Below are positions 7,601 to 14,796 of a stretch of DNA of 22,155 bases, one piece after another; within the stretch, counting starts at the first letter, position 1, and each line of letters starts with the position of its first letter. The notes below the pieces were generated by a model. It was given only the letters and a program-made list of their open reading frames with translations. It was not told where the DNA came from and did no database searches. Made by a program: the position numbers and the translations under genes. Source of the stretch: a virus. Its lineage: Duplodnaviria; Heunggongvirae; Uroviricota; Caudoviricetes. The stretch lies in the IMG/VR virus record IMGVR_UViG_3300050581_000228, one strand, 5' to 3'.

Positions 7601-8230
7601 ATGCAAGCAACCATGAAACGGGGAGACTTTGACCGCGCTTGTGAGCGCGCGATTGCCTACGCGAACCGCAAACAAGGCGGGTTGGAATTGGCCGAACAAT
7701 TCCTAGAGCGCGCCGGGTTTGGCGGGGAATTGTGCGGGATCGAGTCGGTATCTTGCGGGGAGCGCGAATTGCGCTACTTGAACGTTGGCGAAACCTACTC
7801 CCTTACCATCGGGCAAGAGGGAGACGGGGAGGTTTTCTCTTGCTCTTGGGGCGGGTGGTTGGAAGAGGCAGAGCAAGAGCATTGCGAAGAGAATGGGGAA
7901 ACCCGTTGCGGCTATTGCGGGGAGTTTACCCCGGTTGCCGAAGACCGGCACGATACCGTATGCCAACATTGCGGCCGATACGTCGATAGTGGCGAATTGC
8001 CAGAGAAAGGACAAGAGAAAATGGAACCCGAAAACCTTGACGCAATGGACCCCGAAGACTTGCACGCATATTGCCAAGAACAAAGGAACCCCGCGCCCTT
8101 GCGGGAGTATGCCGCAATCAAAGCAAGAGCAATCGACGCGCGCAAGGCGGGGCGTATCCAGCAAGCGCTGCAATGGGAGCAAGCGCTAGACAGACTCTAT
8201 CAGCAATTGCCCGAAGACTTGCAATGGTGA
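7601..8230 (+). CDS. Multi-domain hypothetical protein, 209 aa, central Zn ribbon (CGYC/CQHC)
   Basis: RBS AAGGGA; C-terminal YA..KA.A...R.AG.I..AL..E...LY..LP...W module. Confidence 0.8.
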   Translation: MQATMKRGDFDRACERAIAYANRKQGGLELAEQFLERAGFGGELCGIESVSCGERELRYLNVGETYSLTIGQEGDGEVFSCSWGGWLEEAEQEHCEENGETRCGYCGEFTPVAEDRHDTVCQHCGRYVDSGELPEKGQEKMEPENLDAMDPEDLHAYCQEQRNPAPLREYAAIKARAIDARKAGRIQQALQWEQALDRLYQQLPEDLQW

Positions 8231-8237
8231 ACGGGCG

Positions 8238-8294
8238 GGGCAGGGATTGCCCGATTCGCGCCCGTAGCCTGACGGGCGCGAATCGGTTAATCCC
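8238..8294 (+). repeat. Intergenic hairpin unit 4
   Basis: 15-bp perfect stem CCGATTCGCGCCCGT/ACGGGCGCGAATCGG, 6-nt loop; GGGATT/AATCCC base. Confidence 0.85.
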
Positions 8295-8312
8295 ACAATG
8301 GAGACCGCAACC

Positions 8313-8540
8313 ATGTATACCACAAGAGAATTGAACCCCTTGCACGATAGGCAAGCGCTTCTGTCCGTCGATTCCCTGCGCGTGCTAGTGAACGTGCTAG
8401 ACACCCGCCAAGTCTTCGCGCGGGTTGATTGTCTCGTCTCCCCAGTGAACGGGGCGGGACAACAATGGGTTAGCGTCGATAGACTGTCACAACCACAAGG
8501 GAGCAATCATGCAAACACCCGTTGTATTCAGGGTCGATAG
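8313..8540 (+). CDS. Phage-type hypothetical protein, 75 aa (V.V.D.R..F.RVD.LV.PV.G.G..WV)
   Basis: RBS GGAGACCGCAACC; overlaps the next gene by 32 nt. Confidence 0.75.
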   Translation: MYTTRELNPLHDRQALLSVDSLRVLVNVLDTRQVFARVDCLVSPVNGAGQQWVSVDRLSQPQGSNHANTRCIQGR

Positions 8541-8787
8541 AGAAGGGGAAGTCTTCGCGCTGTTTCCTACTCTTGCGGCCGATCCATCGGGCAATGTCAC
8601 AAGCTATCAGCATATCGGCCAACATTGCGCGGCCGATTACGGGTTGTGCATTGCCAAGAGCAAACCCGCAACCCCCGCGCAGTATGCCGCGCTGGCCGAA
8701 GAGTTGACGGTGCGCGGTTATTCTCTGCGCGTTGTGCGCAGACAATCGGCCGCAATGCGGAAAGCTAGGGGGCAGTATGCGGAATGA
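8509..8787 (+). CDS. Conserved-type phage hypothetical protein (FR....EV.ALFP...SY.H.GQH..ADY...PA....Y..L..EL...GY)
   Basis: Motif recalled from many phages (unverified); RBS GGGAG. Confidence 0.85.
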   Translation: MQTPVVFRVDREGEVFALFPTLAADPSGNVTSYQHIGQHCAADYGLCIAKSKPATPAQYAALAEELTVRGYSLRVVRRQSAAMRKARGQYAE

Positions 8788-8812
8788 TTCCTGCCCCGCG
8801 CCGATGATTGCC

Positions 8813-8846
8813 GCAAGGCGGGGACTAGCTCCCCGCCTTGCTTGTT
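8813..8846 (+). terminator. Putative intrinsic terminator
   Basis: 11-bp stem GCAAGGCGGGG/CCCCGCCTTGC, 7-nt loop, then TTGTT, 25 nt after the stop at 8787. Confidence 0.6.
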
Positions 8847-8961
8847 GCGCGGTAGGCAACGGGCAGGGAGCTAGGCCGATAACCTCCCGCCCCTTCCCGC
8901 CTTGCTGCGCGCCACAATTCGCAAGTAGGCCGCGCCCCTCTCTGCCCCGCGCCCCGCCCGT

Positions 8962-8990
8962 TTGATTCCCGCCCCTTCTCGAATTACTAT
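8962..8990 (+). promoter_or_regulatory. Sigma70-type promoter TTGATT-17-TACTAT lacking the operator
   Basis: Upstream of 9087-9398; the leader holds two 8-1-8 palindromes. Confidence 0.55.
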
Positions 8991-9086
8991 GATAGGCGGG
9001 GAGACTCCCCGCGCAGAACCCGCTAGGCGCAACGGGGCAACGGTTGCCCCATAGTCCTAGCTCCCCTTTACCCCGTAGGTGAAACC

Positions 9087-9398
9087 ATGCGCCTAGCGCT
9101 GTTGCTTGCGTTGACGGGGGCGGTTTGCGCTATTGCCCCCATGTTCGCTCTTGGAGCGAACCCGCCCCGCTACCACAATGCAACGGGGTCTAGCGGGGTC
9201 GATTGTCCCCGCTACTCCCCGCCCGTCGAATACCGCGCCCCCTTGTGGACATTCTACCACTATCCGCGCGGTATCCCGCAAAACAAGTATGATCCGAAGA
9301 CGCCCGGATACCGCTACTACCCTTACTCGATCTATCGGTCAGACTATCCGCGCGACCACTACGACCGCAACAAGTCGCAGCGCTATCCCGTTCGCTAG
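9087..9398 (+). CDS. Secreted Tyr/Pro/Arg-rich protein, signal peptide followed by ANPPRYH
   Basis: Hydrophobic N-terminus; RBS AGGTG; shares NPPRYH with 6117-6308. Confidence 0.7.
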   Translation: MRLALLLALTGAVCAIAPMFALGANPPRYHNATGSSGVDCPRYSPPVEYRAPLWTFYHYPRGIPQNKYDPKTPGYRYYPYSIYRSDYPRDHYDRNKSQRYPVR

Positions 9399-9420
9399 GA
9401 CCGATTGCACCGATCGCGCG

Positions 9421-9451
9421 CCCCTACGATCGACAGAACCGATTGTAGGGG
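9421..9451 (+). terminator. Hairpin after the last plus-strand gene; weak U-tract
   Basis: CCCCTAC-GATCG-acagaac-CGATT-GTAGGGG followed by TTGT. Confidence 0.4.
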
Positions 9452-9459
9452 TTGTGCGG
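9440..9459. repeat. Right arm of the long-range inverted repeat
   Basis: CGATTGTAGGGGTTGTGCGG versus the reverse complement of 4493-4512. Confidence 0.75.
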
Positions 9460-9746
9460 ACGGCAAGGGTCGCGTGCGTGCTAACCGGGCCATAACCGGG
9501 GACAAAAACGAGTAGAATTCTTCGGCCTTCGGGCCAATGGCGGGCCGGCGGCAGTCGGCCCGTTCTCTTGCGGTTGATGCCAGCGGACGAAAGGGCTACA
9601 AGCTGTCGCCCTTTCGGCCGTTGTCGTCAAGTCTTCTCGCAACAGAACGTGACAAGCTCGCGCGGAAACGCGATAGTTTCGCGCATTCTCGCACAGTTTC
9701 GGCCGCTTTGTTTGCGCCGTGTGGCGAAAGGCAAGTTCCCCATCGC

Positions 9747-9962
9747 TTCACCTGGTCGCCCTGGTCAACAGTCTGGTCGTTTCATCTGGTCGCCTGGTCG
9801 CTTCATCTGGTCGCCGATCATGCGCCCGATCTGATTCTCGCCGTGTAGCGAAAAGCAAGCCCCTTCACCTGGTCGGCCGGCCCGCCGATCTGCGCCGATC
9901 CGCCCGACAGGTGCGCCGATCTGCGCGGGCTGGCGAAGCTCGCGGCCTGATTCTCGCCGTGT
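9747..9962. repeat. Non-coding repeat field: 7x CTGGTC (4x TTCAYCTGGTCG), 4x CGCCGATC, 2x CTGATTCTCGCCGTGT
   Basis: TTCAYCTGGTCG at 9747, 9781, 9802, 9864; CGCCGATC at 9812, 9883, 9893, 9914; 16-mer at 9831 and 9947. Confidence 0.85.
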
Positions 9963-10317
9963 GCGGCATTGCTGTCAGGCGCAAGCCGTCAGCCAGGCAG
10001 AGGCGGGCGGAGACCGGCCGTCACCCAGGCGGAAGCCAGAGCGGCCGGCGGGAAGCTCGGGACCGGCAAGAGCGGACGGAAGGGCGGCAAGCGGCGGCCC
10101 GGCCGGCGGCGGCAACGGCGAAACGCGGGATCGGCCGAAGGCTGTAAGCGCCGTCAACTATAGCCCCTAAGCGCCCACGGTCGTAGCCCCGATGAAACGG
10201 CCCCAGCAAGGCAACCACGTCTTGCCGGGGCCAGGGGTGGCCAATCTATGAGGGCGGGGGGCGTGCATCGGCAAACGGGCACGGCCCCGCCCTTGCGCCA
10301 GCCAATGGCCGGCGGCC

Positions 10318-10986
10318 CTACATCTCACTCTGGCAGTAGGCTTCCCGCACTTCCTCGATTGCGTCGTCGGTCACAACCGACTTGACGCCTTCCACTTTCA
10401 TCCCGCCGTTGCCCTCAGCGGGCAGGAAGCCCTCGCGGCAAGTGTGTTCAAGTATCCGGTCGATCTCGTGAACGCCGAAGTAGCAGACTTGTTCGGTATC
10501 GCGGTCGCCGTCGCGGATAAGCTCGTCAAGCTCTTCGCCTTCTTCGTCGGTCAACTCGCGGCTCGTCTCCCATTGCGTGCCAAGAAAGGTAAGCTCATAC
10601 GTTGCCTCAAAGCTGCAACAATGCACGTGCCGCCGTCGATCAAAGACGTACACGCCGTAAATGCGGCTTGTCCGGTCCAGGATGGTCGGGTCAACCCAGT
10701 GCTCGCGTTCGTCGATCTTCACAATCCACAAGTCGGGCAGTAGCTCGACGCGCTCGCCCTCTTCCAAGCCCTCATACTCGCCGTCGTATCGTCGGTAGAT
10801 TCGCGCGGCGTCGTCTTGCTCCCATTCTGCCTTGGTGTACAACCACCCGTTGTTGTCGTCGCTGTCCAGATGCAACAGCGCAACCTTGTCGGGGTCCACG
10901 TGGGTGCCTTGGCTGTCGGTCCATTCCGCCTCTGGCGTAATGAGAACGGCGGTCGGCTTGAACGGCGCTCTTTCGGTCGTGGTCAT
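10318..10986 (-). CDS. Acidic hypothetical protein, 222 aa
   Basis: Directly downstream of the promoter at 11013-11041; ATGA coupling. Confidence 0.8.
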   Translation of the reverse strand: MTTTERAPFKPTAVLITPEAEWTDSQGTHVDPDKVALLHLDSDDNNGWLYTKAEWEQDDAARIYRRYDGEYEGLEEGERVELLPDLWIVKIDEREHWVDPTILDRTSRIYGVYVFDRRRHVHCCSFEATYELTFLGTQWETSRELTDEEGEELDELIRDGDRDTEQVCYFGVHEIDRILEHTCREGFLPAEGNGGMKVEGVKSVVTDDAIEEVREAYCQSEM

Positions 10987-11246
10987 GTTGGCTCGATTTG
11001 GTTATTCTCCAGATTATGTAACAATGCTGGCACAACGTCCAGTTGCTCCAGCGCGATCTTCAGCGCTTCCAAGCGGTCGCCGGCCACGCGGAACTCCACG
11101 TGGTAGTGTCGTCCTCTTCCGAAACTGTCGATCCCGTAAATTCTCCACGTCCCTGGTAATCCCGCCAGTTCGGCTTTCATCGCCTCTTGGCTGAAGTCGC
11201 GCGGCCGGTTGAATCGTCGCGTCAAGACTGATTCGCTGTCGTGCAT
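10983..11246 (-). CDS. Hypothetical protein, about 87 aa (MHDSESVLTRRFN...)
   Basis: ATG at 11246 within track ORF 10983-11522; its 3' end contains the next promoter. Confidence 0.6.
   Translation of the reverse strand: MHDSESVLTRRFNRPRDFSQEAMKAELAGLPGTWRIYGIDSFGRGRHYHVEFRVAGDRLEALKIALEQLDVVPALLHNLENNQIEPT
11013..11041 (-). promoter_or_regulatory. Operator-containing promoter TGGACG-17-CATAAT
   Basis: Operator variant ACGTTGTGCCAGCAT at 11024-11038. Confidence 0.7.
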
Positions 11247-11737
11247 TGGTATAGCTCGTGGGCTGTTACGGGGCGCTTCTCGCCACGGTCCCGCGATTCG
11301 CGGTGCTGCTGTAGGAATGCCTTGAACTTCTCGACTCGCGCCCGCACTTGTTTTAGGGCGTCTCCGGTGAAGTCGCGGCGGTTGCGAATCCTGCAATCGT
11401 CGTCCAGCTTCACGTTCACGTAGGCCACGTGTTGCCCCATGCCTTGCGGCCGAATCGCCCAGCCGAATGACAAGCTGAGACCTTTCGGCTCGCGGTAGAC
11501 TAAGACGTAGGCTTGACGCCACGATTGGAAGACGGTATCGGGGGCAAGCCGTAGCGAATCACGCGGCTCGCGGCTCTCCGGGGTCGTGGGCAGTCCGGGG
11601 ACAATGTTGCCGCCAGTCACTTGCCAGAAGGGCCAGTCGCCGGGGCCGTAGTGTATTCCTGTATCGTCAAGGTTGTAACCCCACGGCTCTGCCGGCTCGG
11701 GCACGCCGTACATATCAAACTCCTCGCGGTAGCTCAT
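11222..11737 (-). CDS. Hypothetical protein, 171 aa
   Basis: RBS AGAGGA; ATGA overlap. Confidence 0.75.
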   Translation of the reverse strand: MSYREEFDMYGVPEPAEPWGYNLDDTGIHYGPGDWPFWQVTGGNIVPGLPTTPESREPRDSLRLAPDTVFQSWRQAYVLVYREPKGLSLSFGWAIRPQGMGQHVAYVNVKLDDDCRIRNRRDFTGDALKQVRARVEKFKAFLQQHRESRDRGEKRPVTAHELYQCTTANQS

Positions 11738-11970
11738 GGCGTCCTCTTGTCCTCATGCTTCCCCGGTCTCGACAACCACGCTTCGCAAACGCTGTCGTGG
11801 TGCGCGGCCGATCTATCGACGGTGCGCGCCGGCCACAACCCGCCCTTGGCGTCGCGCAGATAGATGCCGGTGAAGCCCGGCGATTCGTCAAGCAATGTCA
11901 CGCCAACTATCCGCTCTGGATAGGCGGCCAACGTAGTGTGGCGGAACTCTTGGGGGATTGTCGCTTGCAT
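11734..11970 (-). CDS. Hypothetical protein, 78 aa
   Basis: Collinear and tightly packed. Confidence 0.7.
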   Translation of the reverse strand: MQATIPQEFRHTTLAAYPERIVGVTLLDESPGFTGIYLRDAKGGLWPARTVDRSAAHHDSVCEAWLSRPGKHEDKRTP

Positions 11971-11973
11971 GAT

Positions 11974-12204
11974 TCACCCGATGATCTGTGTTAGTTTTTC
12001 TTTGCCAATCGCGTACTCTGTCGGGGTCGCTTCCCTCATTCGTCGCCACTTGCCGCTGGCGTGCTTGTGGGAGTTGTGGCAGATTGTCGGGGCAAGCCCA
12101 TGAATGGTCCACTCGGCGTTGCCGCATTCATCGCAGACAACCAGATTTTCGTTGGGCGTTGGCGTGCCACGAATCTTCCAAGTTGGATAGTTGATGGCGG
12201 TCAT
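11974..12204 (-). CDS. Small Cys-containing protein, about 76 aa (CDEC...C.N.H)
   Basis: ATG at 12204 overlaps the upstream stop (ATGA). Confidence 0.7.
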   Translation of the reverse strand: MTAINYPTWKIRGTPTPNENLVVCDECGNAEWTIHGLAPTICHNSHKHASGKWRRMREATPTEYAIGKEKLTQIIG

Positions 12205-12785
12205 GTCGATTCCGGTGTTGTCCGTCTGTCTGACTTGCATATTCGCGGCCCTTTGTGCTCCGCAATGATCCGTTCCGCCTCTTCGGGCAGGTGGCCGAAG
12301 CTCCGCAATGCTTCGGCAAGGTCCGCCGTCGCGGCCACAATCGGCCCCATCGGGGTTTCTTCACCTGCCCGCTGGAAAAGCAAGTAGGTCTCGGCCAGGG
12401 CCAGCCCCAGGTCGGGCACGCCCCAAGGATTCTCAGCCGATGGCGGTGCGTCGTCTTCCGCCCAGTTGGGCAGATTGTGGATCAAAGCCAAGTCGGCTTG
12501 GTTGTCGTTGTAGGCGTCGTTGATTTCGCGTGCATAGTGTTCAGCCAGTTTCTTCGGCGTCCAATCTTGGCGTTCGCGGTCCTCCCCTCCCAGGAACTTG
12601 AAATGGCAGTAGCGCTCCCAGCGCTCCCGCTTGTAGCTCCAGCGCGCCACTTCCACGTAATGCCCTTCGCAACCGCTATTCTCGGCTCGGGCCAACAGGT
12701 CGCCGTACTCACAGTTATGGGTGCAAAGCGCCGCATGGTCGATTCCAGACTGCCAAGGGGCAGTGTATAGGGCGTAGTGTATCAT
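12201..12785 (-). CDS. Hypothetical protein, 194 aa
   Basis: RBS GAGG; 7 nt after the upstream stop. Confidence 0.75.
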   Translation of the reverse strand: MIHYALYTAPWQSGIDHAALCTHNCEYGDLLARAENSGCEGHYVEVARWSYKRERWERYCHFKFLGGEDRERQDWTPKKLAEHYAREINDAYNDNQADLALIHNLPNWAEDDAPPSAENPWGVPDLGLALAETYLLFQRAGEETPMGPIVAATADLAEALRSFGHLPEEAERIIAEHKGPRICKSDRRTTPEST

Positions 12786-12792
12786 GGTCGCC

Positions 12793-13062
12793 TCAATTGT
12801 AAACCGCTTCTAGCTTGGCTTCCACCCGGTCCCGCTCCCGTGCGTTTAGCGGTCGGATAAGGTTCGCCTCTTCATCGCCGACAAACAGGCTGATAAAGTC
12901 GTACCCGTAGCAATGTTCGGTTTCGACCCCAACACCGATCCCGCTCTCGACCCAAGCCGTTACTTCGCCGACTCGCCACTCGTTTAGAGTTTCGATCACG
13001 GTGTCCAGGTCATCGACGGCCTGATAGTCGCCCTGGTCCCCGCAGCGTATCCAGTAAATCAT
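12793..13062 (-). CDS. Hypothetical protein, 89 aa
   Basis: ATGA overlap with the upstream gene. Confidence 0.8.
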   Translation of the reverse strand: MIYWIRCGDQGDYQAVDDLDTVIETLNEWRVGEVTAWVESGIGVGVETEHCYGYDFISLFVGDEEANLIRPLNARERDRVEAKLEAVYN

Positions 13063-13457
13063 GTCCCTGCCCTCACAATCTCTTCCACGCGCTCGGCAAA
13101 GGCAAGTTGGGCTTCAGTCACGTCGATCCCTTCCGTCTGCCGCTTCCGAATGGTCCGGGCGGTGCGCCGATCCCATTGCGTTGCGTATCCGCGCGCCAAG
13201 CTGGCTTCTTTCGCCTTCTGCCAGTCGGCTGCGATTCGTTGCTCGGTTGCGACCATGCCTTTCCGCATGGCGGCAACCTCTTGATGGGCCGGTCTCCGCA
13301 ACCGGGCGGCCGTTCGGATTCGCACGGCCCGGCCGGTTTGCTTGTTGACGGCTTCCCACCCGCCGTAGGGCGACTGGCGGAGAATCCTCACCACGGCAAT
13401 CTTGCCGGAAACCTTGGCAACGTACTCGCGGCCGATCTCGACTTCGCGCTTCAACAT
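13059..13457 (-). CDS. Hypothetical protein with N-terminal ..V.IG..Y.AKVSG....VRI......GGW.A.N..TGR.VRI..A.RLR domain
   Basis: Domain recalled from planctomycete MGE proteins, where it is often fused to a winged HTH (unverified); start moved to ATG 13457 (RBS AGAGGGA). Confidence 0.8.
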   Translation of the reverse strand: MLKREVEIGREYVAKVSGKIAVVRILRQSPYGGWEAVNKQTGRAVRIRTAARLRRPAHQEVAAMRKGMVATEQRIAADWQKAKEASLARGYATQWDRRTARTIRKRQTEGIDVTEAQLAFAERVEEIVRAGT

Positions 13458-13474
13458 GGTTGTCCCTCTACCCA

Positions 13475-13503
13475 ATTATGCCACAATGCTGGCGCAACGT
13501 CAA
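13475..13503 (-). promoter_or_regulatory. Operator-containing promoter TTGACG-17-CATAAT
   Basis: Exact operator at 13486-13500. Confidence 0.8.
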
Positions 13504-13518
13504 CACGCCCGTGTTGTT

Positions 13519-14106
13519 TTACGCCAAGCTCGCTTCGGTCCGCGCTTTCCAGTCCGCTTCGGTCACAAAGCGGTCGGCCGGGGCCTTGCCGAACTTGTCG
13601 ATCAGGGCGGCAAGCTCGGCCTTCACGTCCTCGACCGGAAAACCGTCATAGGGCGAGCAACCGCCGTCAAGCGATTCCAAGACGGTTTCTAGGGTGGTCG
13701 GATTCCCGCCGTCCGCTTCGTTGTCGATCTCGGCCATGAGCAAGCGCTTAAGAGAGACAGAGACTTGCGGTCCCAACCCAGCGGCGTAGGCGGCGCTGAG
13801 GACGTTCTCGGCCTCTCCGATCCAGTCGTAATCCAGCTTGCCGCCTGCATTGTGCGGTTCGCACGCGGCGCTGGCCCGCTCCAGCGCGGCCACAAGCTGG
13901 CCCGGCAATTCATCGTCGCCGTTTATCGACTCACAAAGGGTGTCGATCTCATTGGCGTCCAAGGGTTCCACGTTGCCATCGTCGCTGGCAATATCATACT
14001 CGGCAAGGCAATGGGGTTTAGTCGGTCCCAAGATGCCTTTGCGCTGCCAATAGCGCAGCGCGGCCAGGATGGTGGCAAGCTCTCGGTTGTTGACGTTCAG
14101 GTACAC
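13519..14106 (-). CDS. Hypothetical protein, 195 aa, N-terminal RELATILAALRYWQ module
   Basis: GTG start with AGGAG RBS; motif recalled from MGE hypotheticals. Confidence 0.8.
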   Translation of the reverse strand: MYLNVNNRELATILAALRYWQRKGILGPTKPHCLAEYDIASDDGNVEPLDANEIDTLCESINGDDELPGQLVAALERASAACEPHNAGGKLDYDWIGEAENVLSAAYAAGLGPQVSVSLKRLLMAEIDNEADGGNPTTLETVLESLDGGCSPYDGFPVEDVKAELAALIDKFGKAPADRFVTEADWKARTEASLA

Positions 14107-14115
14107 GGTAGTCTC

Positions 14116-14646
14116 CTATTCTGCCAGTCGCCATGCGCGGCGAACTTGGTTGTCGTTGTCCGGGTCGCGCACAACCCGAAAGTCCTCCCCGTGGATGTCT
14201 TCCACAAGCCACGCGCCGATGCCCTCTTCGTGTACGGCGTCGATGGTCGTATGCCGTTCCCCGCCCAGCCCCAGGTAGTCCTCTCGTTGCGGCGGCCGGA
14301 TCGGGTCCGTTAGCTCCGCTTGCTGTTCAAGCTCGGCTTGGCTCATAAACCACCATCCGCCGGTCTTCGGGCAACTCACGATGTACGGATTATCGGCCGG
14401 CTGTCGGATTTCCGAAACCACAACGTAGCTTCCGCGCGGCGTCACGCGCTCGTTGTCGTTGTCGTCATGGTCGATCTGTAGCGTCAACAGGCGGAAGACG
14501 TCTCCCACCTTGTACCGTTGGCGTCGGGTCCGGCCGCACTTGCAAATGTCGATATGCCGGCAATGCGTTTCTCCGCAAGGGCAATCCCACGTCGCGCCAG
14601 CGCCTTTCGTTACCCCGTGTTGGCAAGGTGAACAAAGCATTGTCAT
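14116..14646 (-). CDS. Hypothetical protein, about 176 aa, Cys/His-rich N-terminus
   Basis: RBS AAGGAGGG; the track start at 14727 would run through the promoter and terminator. Confidence 0.8.
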   Translation of the reverse strand: MTMLCSPCQHGVTKGAGATWDCPCGETHCRHIDICKCGRTRRQRYKVGDVFRLLTLQIDHDDNDNERVTPRGSYVVVSEIRQPADNPYIVSCPKTGGWWFMSQAELEQQAELTDPIRPPQREDYLGLGGERHTTIDAVHEEGIGAWLVEDIHGEDFRVVRDPDNDNQVRRAWRLAE

Positions 14647-14661
14647 TCCCTCCTTACCTCT

Positions 14662-14690
14662 AGCATACCACGATGCTGGCGCAACGTCAA
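14662..14690 (-). promoter_or_regulatory. Operator-containing promoter TTGACG-17-TATGCT
   Basis: Exact operator at 14673-14687. Confidence 0.8.
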
Positions 14691-14691
14691 C

Positions 14692-14723
14692 AAAATAATA
14701 GAAAAGCCCGTCGGGTACGGGCT
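14692..14723 (-). terminator. Intrinsic terminator immediately upstream of the promoter
   Basis: AGCCCGT/ACGGGCT stem, then TTTCTATTATTTT on the minus strand. Confidence 0.7.
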
Positions 14724-14796
14724 GCACAGCACGCGGGCCGACTAGCGCGAACGGGCATACGCGCGAATCCTACCGCCCGTTCGCCCGCCGGGTGTT

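Noticed and set aside
5831-8294. Hairpin units as integron attC sites
   Set aside because: No RYYYAAC/GTTRRRY boxes and no tyrosine integrase in the window; several genes lie between some units.
5831-8868. GGGCAGGG copies (5831, 7115, 8238, 8861) as FtsK KOPS
   Set aside because: They match GGGNAGGG, but unit 2 has GGGCATGG with a compensatory change on the partner strand and reverse copies occur nearby (6007), so pairing explains them better. Not fully excluded.
4850-9750. GCWGC avoidance as the cause of CAG/CTG depletion
   Set aside because: GCWGC is still present about 7 times in the block, whereas CCWGG is absent.
9747-9962. Repeat field as a CRISPR array
   Set aside because: Repeats are 6-16 bp, irregularly spaced and nested; no 23-47-bp repeat with unique spacers and no cas genes.
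9537-10218. ORFs in the repeat field (9537-9848, 9568-9834, 9719-10147 and others)
   Set aside because: Their translations simply mirror the short repeats; no SD or promoter.
3791-11970. Shared AYP[DE]RI[LV]G peptide in 3791-4009 and 11734-11970 as paralogy
   Set aside because: Only about 7 residues align and the flanks do not; insufficient without an HMM search.
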